From positions 124,001-188,000 of IMG/VR virus record IMGVR_UViG_3300036944_001324: a stretch of DNA of 64,000 nt. One strand, written 5' to 3'. Positions within the stretch are counted from its first letter, which is position 1, and every line of letters begins with the position of its first letter. Of the stretch, positions 56,206 through 64,000 are shown one piece after another. The notes below the pieces were generated by a model. The model worked only from the letters and a program-made list of their open reading frames with translations. It had not been told where the DNA came from and did not search any database. Both the position numbers and the translations under genes were made by a program.

Positions 56206-58335
56206 ATGTTGTATAGTCCACATACCCCCATTACCACTGCGCCACCAGAAGGGCAGTTCAAGCGCAAGCTGCTCAGTAGCGCAGGGTTGTCGCCATGGCC
56301 GCACTTCGTGAGTCCTGGTCGTCAACAAATGTTCACGAACAGCCACTTGGCACAAAAGATCGTGACCATGGGGATGAACGAACGGTACTGTCAAACGGGC
56401 ATGGAGTACGAGTTCGGTCGCGCTACTTTTTCTGTCAAGATGCCGTGCGACGGCAAGATCTTGCAAGTCATTCGACGCTATCCTGAAGGGGTGGCCGCTG
56501 ACGCTATCAAAGAAAATCCCGAGACTATCGTGATTTTCGAAGACAACGCTACCAAAGAAGTCGGGATGCTGACTCTTCCGCGTTACTTCTCTTACCATAG
56601 CTATTTCGGCTTCCCCTATAGGGAGGGTAAAGGAGCATCACAATTGCAGGTTGGAGCTGTTATCCCTAAGGATACCATCTTCCTAGACTCACCTGGCAAG
56701 AATCCATCCACGGGTAACTATGCCTACGGCGTGGAGCTCAACGTAGCCTTCTTGAGCCATCCTGCTATCTCTGAAGACGGCATCGTCATCAGTCGCGATA
56801 AGCTGCACTTGTTCCGCTTCAAGCGTTACGAAACTCGGGCAGTGGAGTGGGGTGAAAAGACGTTTGCTTTGAACGTCTTCGGCCAAAAAGACGGCGAGTA
56901 CAAGATCTGCCCGGACATCGGCGAATATGTTCGTCCTGACGGTTTGCTGATGGCTTTCCGCACTTACGACGAAAAACTGGCCCCGGTGAACATGTGCGTT
57001 AATGCTCTCAAGCGCATTGACTACGCGCACGACGAGCGCGTTTATGCCAATGGTCCAGGTGGTAAGGTGATTGACATTCGCGTCACTACCAACTTTGACA
57101 TCACGCAAGGTCTGTCTGACATGGATCGTCAGATGGAAAAGTACATCAACCAACGCCGTGCGTATTTCGAACAGATCATTCGAATGTACGATCAACTGCG
57201 CCGTAACAAGGCATTGCAACTGAGTCGTCCTTTGCACGCTTTGATTGTCAAGGCTTACACCGAACTGGCCAGCGGCAAGCAGCGCCTGGGCAAGCTGTAT
57301 CGCAAGACTCCACTGGATCATTTCCGTGTCGAGTTTGTGATCGAATATGAAATCACGCCGTCTATCGGTTTTAAGTACACTGACACCTTCGGTGGAAAAG
57401 GGGTTATCTGCCATATTGAAGAGCCTGAGAATATGCCTGTGGACGCTCAAGGCGTTCGTGCAGACATGATCATGGGTGCAGAAGCCCGAACCAACCGAAT
57501 GAACATCGGTGGGTTGTACGAACACTACTTCAATGCTGCGAGTCGGCAAGTTTGCTTTAACGTACGTGACTGGCTGGGGCTGACCAAGGAGACACGTGGC
57601 GCTAAGGAAGCTATCGAGATGATTCACCAAACAGACCCAGCACGGTTCGACAAGGTCTGGAATCATGTCATCGGCTACTACCGGATCGTCGCTCCTATGC
57701 AGGCCTATTTCTACGACAGTGGAAAGATCGGCATGGATGGGGTCTACGAGAACTTAGCGACCATCGTTAACGACATGGTCTATCTGTTCTTACCGCCGGA
57801 TTACGCAGTTGATTATGTCAACGCTATCTTGCAGATTGAAGAGCATGTGAAACCCATCTACGGACCGGTGCGCTATACCGGGTACTCCGGCAGAAGTTGC
57901 ATGACAAAGCGGCCTGTGCGTATCGGGAGCATGTACATCATGCTGCTTGAAAAGACAGCGGACGATTGGTCGTCTGTTGCATCTGCACGTGTTCAGCACT
58001 TCGGTTTCTTGGCCCAGATCGGCAAGACTGACAAATACTCCGAACCTCTTCGTCAGCAGCCTATCAAGGCCGTTGGTGAAACTGAAGGCCGGATTCTCAT
58101 GGCGTATTGTGGCGCTGCAACCATGGCTGAAGTCATGGATCGCAACAACAATCCCGCTGTGCACAAGGAAATGGTTTACCGCATTCTGAATGCGGCTAAA
58201 CCCACTGCGATTAACAACATCGTTGACCGCAATAAGTTCCAACTTGGCAAGAGCAAGCCCATCCAGATGCTGCACCATTTGCTCAACTGTGCAGGCATTG
58301 GGTTGGCGTATACGAAAGAGAACACGACGGACTAA
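56206..58335 (+). CDS. Non-virion RNAP beta C-terminal subunit (phiKZ gp71-73-like), uninterrupted
   Basis: R..M...HL.Q, EDGIVIS, G.K.....GGKGVI, RMNIG, YIMLLEK and GETE motifs. Confidence 0.92.
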   Translation: MLYSPHTPITTAPPEGQFKRKLLSSAGLSPWPHFVSPGRQQMFTNSHLAQKIVTMGMNERYCQTGMEYEFGRATFSVKMPCDGKILQVIRRYPEGVAADAIKENPETIVIFEDNATKEVGMLTLPRYFSYHSYFGFPYREGKGASQLQVGAVIPKDTIFLDSPGKNPSTGNYAYGVELNVAFLSHPAISEDGIVISRDKLHLFRFKRYETRAVEWGEKTFALNVFGQKDGEYKICPDIGEYVRPDGLLMAFRTYDEKLAPVNMCVNALKRIDYAHDERVYANGPGGKVIDIRVTTNFDITQGLSDMDRQMEKYINQRRAYFEQIIRMYDQLRRNKALQLSRPLHALIVKAYTELASGKQRLGKLYRKTPLDHFRVEFVIEYEITPSIGFKYTDTFGGKGVICHIEEPENMPVDAQGVRADMIMGAEARTNRMNIGGLYEHYFNAASRQVCFNVRDWLGLTKETRGAKEAIEMIHQTDPARFDKVWNHVIGYYRIVAPMQAYFYDSGKIGMDGVYENLATIVNDMVYLFLPPDYAVDYVNAILQIEEHVKPIYGPVRYTGYSGRSCMTKRPVRIGSMYIMLLEKTADDWSSVASARVQHFGFLAQIGKTDKYSEPLRQQPIKAVGETEGRILMAYCGAATMAEVMDRNNNPAVHKEMVYRILNAAKPTAINNIVDRNKFQLGKSKPIQMLHHLLNCAGIGLAYTKENTTD

Positions 58336-58384
58336 CTCCATGGTGGGGTCACTCCCCACCATGGTAAAGAATAAAAGGAAGTAC

Positions 58385-60412
58385 ATGACAGTGTTGCAAA
58401 AATACTCAGCCAGCAAGATGCTGCGTCGCACGACGCAAGAACTCATGGATCGGTTGGCTGGGAATTTCATCTTGGTGTTCGATGACGGGAAGGAAATCGA
58501 AACCAATGACCTGGAAACCGTCTACAGCAGTTTCTTCTGGGACATCATTCGGGTTCATCCGTTCACACCTCTGACATCAGACATGCATGTGTCGTCCGTT
58601 CTCAAAGGCGGACTGGCTAACTCTGGCACTCACCTGAAGTTGCTCGAGCGCATTTCGTTCAGCGTGATTGATGCGGCTGCCGCTGGGAACATCCCGCTGG
58701 ACATGGATCGTCTGGGCAAGATGATCTACGAAGGTGCGAACAACCTCTACAACTACGCTTGTGTGGGTATGGAAAGTGATGTTCCTTCTACGGACATCCT
58801 GGACTACGTGGAGGTGTTGAACCATCCGGCCATCAAGCCCATCATGGATCAGATGGAAGCTACGGAAGATTCCATCGCTAAGGCGTACGCTTCTATCAGT
58901 GCGGTCATCATGAATGACCCCACGCTGGCCAATAACGCGTTGTGCATCAGTGCTCGTTCTGGAATGGTCCGTGTGAACCAGTTGCTCCAATGCTTGGTGA
59001 CTCGCGGATACGTGACGGATATCGACTCACTGATCTTCCCAGAGCCTGCTATGGGATCGTTCGCAGCGGGTTACAAGGACTTCTACAGTCTGTTCATCGA
59101 CAGTCGCACCGCCTCTAAGAGCTTGTTCTTCTCGGCCAAGCTGTTGCGCGATACGGAATACAGCAGCCGCAAGCTGCAGATTCTGTGCATGTCGTTGGAA
59201 ACACTGCATCCTGGTGATTGTGGTTCCACGAAGTACATGCCATGGTTAGTACGGGCTGAGCAAGTGGATGAGAACGGTAAGGTCGTTCGTGAAAGTGACT
59301 TGAAGGCATTTGCCGGTAAGTACTTCCTGGACGAAGAAACCAACTCCATCAAAGAGCTCAAACCTGACGATACCAAGTATCTGGGCAAGATGCTGCAGTT
59401 CCGCTCCACGCTGGCAGGTTGCAACCACCCTGATACCCACGGCACATGCATGACGTGTTTTGGTGCCATGGGTCGTATCATCCCTGACAAGACCAATATC
59501 GGTCACTTGCTGGCCGCCGCCTTGATGCAGGTGCTCTCGCAGAGCATCTTGTCTGTCAAGCACATCGACAGCTCGTCTTCGTCGAACAAGATCATCTTGA
59601 ACGACTACTACACCAACTGGTTGGCAGTGAGTCCCGATGGTAAAGGATACATGTTGTCCAAGAACCTTCGTGGCAAGACTGTCAAGTTCGTGATCGCACC
59701 TGATGAAGTTCCTAACCTGCCTAGCATCAACGCTACGCTGGAACTGGACACCCTGGTGATCGATCAGATCTCTGAAATCGAGACCATGACCATGGTCGTG
59801 ACGGACGGTATCGAAACCATCCCTCAACCGCTGGTTTTGATGAGCGACAAGCGTAAGGCGTCTTTCACGCACCAAGCGCTGGAATTCATCAAGACGCGCG
59901 GCTGGACGAATGATGATCGGGGCAACTACGTGATTGATTTCACTGGCTGGCCTATCAACCAAGTCATGATGGAATTGCCGCAGCGCCACTTCAACACAGC
60001 TGACCACGCTGAAGAAATCACCAAGCTGATCCAAGGCTCAGGTGATGACAAGAACAAGCGCCGTCAAGAAGGCTCTGTGTTCGCTTACTTCCATGAACTC
60101 TTCGAGCTTGTGAATAAGCGCCTGCAGGTTCCTGCGGTGATCCTGGAGCACATCATCTACGCTGCGAGTAATCGCAATGCAGACGAAGATGACTACCGCC
60201 TGCCGCGTGGCCGCCATACCCGGCAGATGGGTCTGACGAACATGACAGTGCCAGAGCGCTCCATGGGAGCTGGTATTGGGTTTGAGCGTCACATCAAGGC
60301 GATCTTCTCACCCAGTATCTTTGATCCAGAAAAGCGCGCCGATCACGTCTTTGACGTGGTTGCGTTGCCCAAAGAAACAGTGGCTGATCGTAACAGCCGC
60401 GGCTTGGCGTAA
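58385..60412 (+). CDS. Non-virion RNAP beta' C-terminal subunit (phiKZ gp74-like)
   Basis: Bridge-helix-like SR.A.KSL...TEY..RKL, DCG, Zn site RS...C...C..CFG, and trigger-loop-like SQSILSVKH; ATG 58385. Confidence 0.9.
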   Translation: MTVLQKYSASKMLRRTTQELMDRLAGNFILVFDDGKEIETNDLETVYSSFFWDIIRVHPFTPLTSDMHVSSVLKGGLANSGTHLKLLERISFSVIDAAAAGNIPLDMDRLGKMIYEGANNLYNYACVGMESDVPSTDILDYVEVLNHPAIKPIMDQMEATEDSIAKAYASISAVIMNDPTLANNALCISARSGMVRVNQLLQCLVTRGYVTDIDSLIFPEPAMGSFAAGYKDFYSLFIDSRTASKSLFFSAKLLRDTEYSSRKLQILCMSLETLHPGDCGSTKYMPWLVRAEQVDENGKVVRESDLKAFAGKYFLDEETNSIKELKPDDTKYLGKMLQFRSTLAGCNHPDTHGTCMTCFGAMGRIIPDKTNIGHLLAAALMQVLSQSILSVKHIDSSSSSNKIILNDYYTNWLAVSPDGKGYMLSKNLRGKTVKFVIAPDEVPNLPSINATLELDTLVIDQISEIETMTMVVTDGIETIPQPLVLMSDKRKASFTHQALEFIKTRGWTNDDRGNYVIDFTGWPINQVMMELPQRHFNTADHAEEITKLIQGSGDDKNKRRQEGSVFAYFHELFELVNKRLQVPAVILEHIIYAASNRNADEDDYRLPRGRHTRQMGLTNMTVPERSMGAGIGFERHIKAIFSPSIFDPEKRADHVFDVVALPKETVADRNSRGLA

Positions 60413-60454
60413 ACAGCATAAAGCAAGGGAGCCTGTCCGCTCCCTTGCTTATGT
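60412..60454. terminator. CATA/TATG-framed hairpin
   Basis: ACAGCATAAAGCAAGGGAGC-loop-GCTCCCTTGCTTATG. Confidence 0.8.
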
Positions 60455-60484
60455 TTTCTTTTTCTTTGAAGGGAAGTTAATTTC

Positions 60485-60916
60485 ATGACTACGGCAAAAC
60501 AATTGTCCCAAACTCATCGTGATGCCTGCGCGCTGGTGTTCATTGCAAGTACTTACGCGGGTAAGACCGACAGCAAAATGAAGTTGTCTGAAGTCGCCAA
60601 GTGGTTTGAGCTGACGGATGACATTCGCTGGCGCAAAGAGTTGAAAAAGGAACGTACCCATCCTGTTCATCTCAACCATGTTCAGATGGATGTGGATGCT
60701 CGAATCGCTGCCAATGCGGTACTGTCTTTCATCGCCATGGTTGAATCCGGCATGACAGTCAGCAAGGCTTTGAAAGAAGCAAAAATTTGGGTGCTGGAAA
60801 GTCGTGTGCGTACCCGGGAAGACCGTTACGCTCGTGTGGAGAAAGCACTGCGCTCTATTTACGAATTCAAATCGCATCACGACGATGCGTTGAAGGAAGT
60901 CATCGAAGCTTCCTGA
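60485..60916 (+). CDS. Hypothetical protein
   Basis: 143 aa; SD AAGGGA. Confidence 0.75.
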   Translation: MTTAKQLSQTHRDACALVFIASTYAGKTDSKMKLSEVAKWFELTDDIRWRKELKKERTHPVHLNHVQMDVDARIAANAVLSFIAMVESGMTVSKALKEAKIWVLESRVRTREDRYARVEKALRSIYEFKSHHDDALKEVIEAS

Positions 60917-61024
60917 CAGAATTTGGGCAATGGTGCCCAAAGACCCGCCGTTGTGCGGTTATTTAAACCCCGTCCTAGACGGGGAGTCCCCAGGCCAATT
61001 GAGGCCGAAACTTGAAAGAGCATT

Positions 61025-62551
61025 ATGCTGCGTGTTATTCAACATTACCAAGACAAGATCCTCCAAGACCTGAAAAACGGCACTTACGGCACCAACGAAA
61101 ACGACTTCCAAGTCATTGCAGTTGGTGGTCCGTCTCTGGGAATTCCCAGCAAGCAGTTGCGTAGCATCTTCCTGGTTCTGTCGAAGATGGATGCCAATGG
61201 TGAGGTACTCATCAACGACGAATTCGATGCTGAGGCTTTTGATCTGCTGCTGATGTTGGTTGGTTTTGATCGACAACAGCGCAAGGCGTACAAATACGTC
61301 GGTGACAAGGACAACTACAAGACCCGCTTGACTACGAGTCGCTGGATGGTTGGAAAAGAAATGGTCATCGAAGTGGGCGTCTGCAACGAACTCTACGATG
61401 ATGGAGATGTGCTTCAGAGCAAATCGACGCCGCAATTCGCGCAAACCCGTGTCGATAACAAGCGTCGTCGTTTTGATCTCGCGATTGACAACCCACTGCA
61501 CGTGGTGAATGCTATCAACGAAGCTCATGAAAATGGTGAACGCGTTGTGTTGACCATCAACCCTGTTGTCTGCGGTCATCAGCTGAAAGTTAAAACGTTT
61601 GTCATTGCTCTGGTTGAGCTGCTGAACGTCACGATGTACAGCAAAACAGCAGGCTTGCGTGAACGCTACCTTCTGAATCCAGCCAGTGCGTTGCCCGACA
61701 TGCACGCGCGTTACTTCACCATTGACGCTTTGGTCAACGCGATTACATCCGACATGAAAAACACGTCACGGTTCATTTTTGACTTCACCGACGCTAAAGA
61801 AGCTAAGGTGTTTCACAAACGCACCGGCGTGAATATGTACCTGTACTCGGTGATGGCTAAGCCTGATCCGTTCCGTTACCAGATCCCGTCGAACGTCATG
61901 GCTACCATCATTGCCAGCCATGTCTCGTCTCCTCGTCCGGGTACTGAGCCTGGTCATGGTTTCACGCTGGTGAAGTCTCTCTTCGACATTAACCAGTTAG
62001 CAAAGTACTTCTACATCAAGGACAATGACACTTCCACCAAGAAAGTAACCGGTAGTCTTCACGACTACTACGTGAACAACGGCGGGAGCGATTTGCTTCT
62101 TACGTGGTCGTTGTCTGTTGGTGTGGTTGACGACCACACTACGTGGACACTCGCACTGTACGACCTCAGTAACGGTCTTCAGGTTATTCGATGCGATGCA
62201 AAGTGTGTCACGGGTAAACCGGATAGTGATGCTCGTGTCATCCATCCCATCACTACTGACGACGACTTGGGTTACAACTTGATCGATGTCGAGATCTTTA
62301 TTCGGCGTGTGGGTGTGCTCCTGAAAAACGGTCGCACAGTTATCGTCCGACGTAAAGATAAGACTGCGTTTACGCTCCACCCGTACGCTCTGGAAGCATT
62401 GCCTTACGCTGGTGATAAGGGCGAAGTGACTGATGAACGCATCAAAGCCCAAACGTCCGCATGTTTCACTAACGTTATCGAAGTGGAGCTCAAGCAGAAA
62501 CCTACCGATGAAAAACGCGGTTACCAGTTCTTGGCTGAACCGCAACGTTAA
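61025..62551 (+). CDS. Hypothetical protein
   Basis: 508 aa ORF. Confidence 0.8.
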   Translation: MLRVIQHYQDKILQDLKNGTYGTNENDFQVIAVGGPSLGIPSKQLRSIFLVLSKMDANGEVLINDEFDAEAFDLLLMLVGFDRQQRKAYKYVGDKDNYKTRLTTSRWMVGKEMVIEVGVCNELYDDGDVLQSKSTPQFAQTRVDNKRRRFDLAIDNPLHVVNAINEAHENGERVVLTINPVVCGHQLKVKTFVIALVELLNVTMYSKTAGLRERYLLNPASALPDMHARYFTIDALVNAITSDMKNTSRFIFDFTDAKEAKVFHKRTGVNMYLYSVMAKPDPFRYQIPSNVMATIIASHVSSPRPGTEPGHGFTLVKSLFDINQLAKYFYIKDNDTSTKKVTGSLHDYYVNNGGSDLLLTWSLSVGVVDDHTTWTLALYDLSNGLQVIRCDAKCVTGKPDSDARVIHPITTDDDLGYNLIDVEIFIRRVGVLLKNGRTVIVRRKDKTAFTLHPYALEALPYAGDKGEVTDERIKAQTSACFTNVIEVELKQKPTDEKRGYQFLAEPQR

Positions 62552-62562
62552 AGGAAACCATC

Positions 62563-62829
62563 ATGAAAAACTCGATCGACATCGTCGCCTTCATCAAGGC
62601 GATCTTCGGTGAGAAGTTCACCGGTCACATCACTGTGCTGGTCGACAAGTACGGCACTGAGATCAAGACGGATAAGTACAAGTCTGACGTGTTTCGCGTC
62701 ATTCTGCCTCACCGTGAAGTAGTCGTGTTAGTACAGGGTAAACCGATCCTCACACTGACTAGCGGTCACAACGATCTCACGTTCCACAAGAGCGTATGCG
62801 TTGCCGTTACCGCTGTGACTACTGAGTAA
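62563..62829 (+). CDS. Hypothetical protein, paralogue of 22521..22844
   Basis: SD AAGGA; FGEKFTGHITV. Confidence 0.75.
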   Translation: MKNSIDIVAFIKAIFGEKFTGHITVLVDKYGTEIKTDKYKSDVFRVILPHREVVVLVQGKPILTLTSGHNDLTFHKSVCVAVTAVTTE

Positions 62830-62892
62830 TTACCGTAACCACCATAAGCAAGGAGGGAAATCCCCTCCTTGCTCTTATGTCTGAAAGATAAA

Positions 62893-63966
62893 ATGAGCCA
62901 ACAAGACAAACTCTTCCAAGTGCATTGCTTTGTTCAGCACATGGCAAACTTGACCATGGTCGGTTATACGAACGAAGAACGTATCGCGAAGTTACGTTTT
63001 AACTGGGGGTCAGGCGTTATTCGTGCGCTGTATCCCCCGCGCGTTTCAATCATCAAAGACATCAAACCGCGGGAAACCAAGACGTTTATCGAAACGTGGA
63101 AGATCGAAGACGAAGACTTTAACAAACGCCTTACGGAAGTGCTGTACGAGATTGGCGGCTGGCCAAAGTACGACATTTCTGGTGATTTGGTAGTAGATCC
63201 ACTCACTGAAAATGAAAAGGATCTCCTGTCGTGTTACTTGATGTCTTCACTCACATCAAGTAATGCGGAGATAACACTCCAGTACATCGAGGACATTGGG
63301 AAAATCATTAGCAAGACGCCTTTGACGTCTCAACAAATATCCAGCTATTGGGAAACTGGAATCCTCACTAGCGTCGCTGTGACTGTGTCCATCTTCAGCG
63401 ATAATCCATCGAAGCAGGTTGAAGATTTCGAAAAGAAATACAACATCAAAGCCGCTGCTATTGTTAGTCGTTTGGTTGAGATGATTACGAAACTCAATGG
63501 CTGGCCCGTGCGCGTCGATGGTAAGGTTACGGTGTTGAAATTGAGTCCGAAACAACGGCAAGTCTGTTACGAACATGCACGGCGATCGTCTACTATCATG
63601 TTCGATAAGATGATGGAGGGTCTCAACGAACTTTCGCAAACTGAAGTTCTGGACGATATCAGGGCAAACGATCTCTTGCTACGCAGTCGCCGAATTAGTA
63701 GCTGGATTTCAGACATCGGTGAAATGGAAATCCAGAAATACTTCGGTCCTGAAGTTCTGTTCGCAATTAAAGGGTATCAGCGTTCACTGGATGTGATGTA
63801 CAAAGTCATCGACGAAAGCAAAGATGGACCTGATCTCGAACTGATCAAACCCATCGTCAACAACGCGCGAAGTACGATGGCTACCGTCGTTAGTGTGGTG
63901 CTCAGTCGCCCTGCGTCCGCTGCTTTGAAAGTACGGATTAGTCAAGCGGCTGATCTTCTGCGATAA
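62893..63966 (+). CDS. Hypothetical protein with internal duplication
   Basis: ATG 62893; two RL.E......GWP repeats. Confidence 0.75.
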   Translation: MSQQDKLFQVHCFVQHMANLTMVGYTNEERIAKLRFNWGSGVIRALYPPRVSIIKDIKPRETKTFIETWKIEDEDFNKRLTEVLYEIGGWPKYDISGDLVVDPLTENEKDLLSCYLMSSLTSSNAEITLQYIEDIGKIISKTPLTSQQISSYWETGILTSVAVTVSIFSDNPSKQVEDFEKKYNIKAAAIVSRLVEMITKLNGWPVRVDGKVTVLKLSPKQRQVCYEHARRSSTIMFDKMMEGLNELSQTEVLDDIRANDLLLRSRRISSWISDIGEMEIQKYFGPEVLFAIKGYQRSLDVMYKVIDESKDGPDLELIKPIVNNARSTMATVVSVVLSRPASAALKVRISQAADLLR

Positions 63967-63969
63967 ATA

Positions 63970-64000
63970 AACGAGGGAAGGCCAAAAACCTTCCCTCGTT
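63970..64000. terminator. Hairpin terminator (truncated by window end)
   Basis: AACGAGGGAAGG-loop-CCTTCCCTCGTT. Confidence 0.7.

Noticed and set aside
56206-58335. Intron or intein in RNAP beta (split in phiKZ), terL or the DNA polymerase
   Set aside because: All are continuous ORFs of expected length with contiguous motifs.
61025-62551. Internal duplication in the 508-aa protein (ENGERVVL vs KNGRTVIV)
   Set aside because: Similarity too weak to support by eye.
1-64000. CRISPR array, tRNA/rRNA genes, reverse transcriptase/DGR/retron, integrase or transposase
   Set aside because: No regularly spaced repeats, cloverleafs or diagnostic motifs seen by eye. tRNAscan and cmscan were not run.
1-64000. 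Stop-codon reassignment
   Set aside because: TAA, TGA and TAG all end genes of sensible length, and coding density is high under the standard code.

Overview
This window comes from a phiKZ-like, nucleus-forming jumbo phage (Chimalliviridae). It carries the family's core blocks: prohead protease; gp26/27/28-like virion genes; tail sheath, tail tube and terminase large subunit; PhuZ tubulin; one subunit of a split family-B DNA polymerase; chimallin; non-virion RNA polymerase subunits; an SbcD/Mre11 nuclease; and probable ChmC and PicA. Accessory tracts lie at about 1-6 kb, 21.6-31.3 kb and 60.5-64 kb. The clearest unusual feature is a 400-nt, ORF-less group I intron (44768-45167) that splits the catalytic NADFDGD motif of the RNAP beta' subunit. 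The intergenic DNA shows (i) a conserved early-promoter motif, (ii) about 20 hairpins framed by conserved (G)ACRGCATA...TATGCYGT(C) arms, (iii) two promoter-hairpin-terminator mini-units, and (iv) several long structured leaders or ncRNA candidates, one of which sequesters the tail-sheath Shine-Dalgarno. Accessory regions hold overlapping gene pairs that look like an active enzyme plus a degenerate paralogue (nucleotidyltransferase; Ntn-hydrolase). Homology calls rest on motifs and remembered synteny, not database searches. RNA pairings were found by eye.
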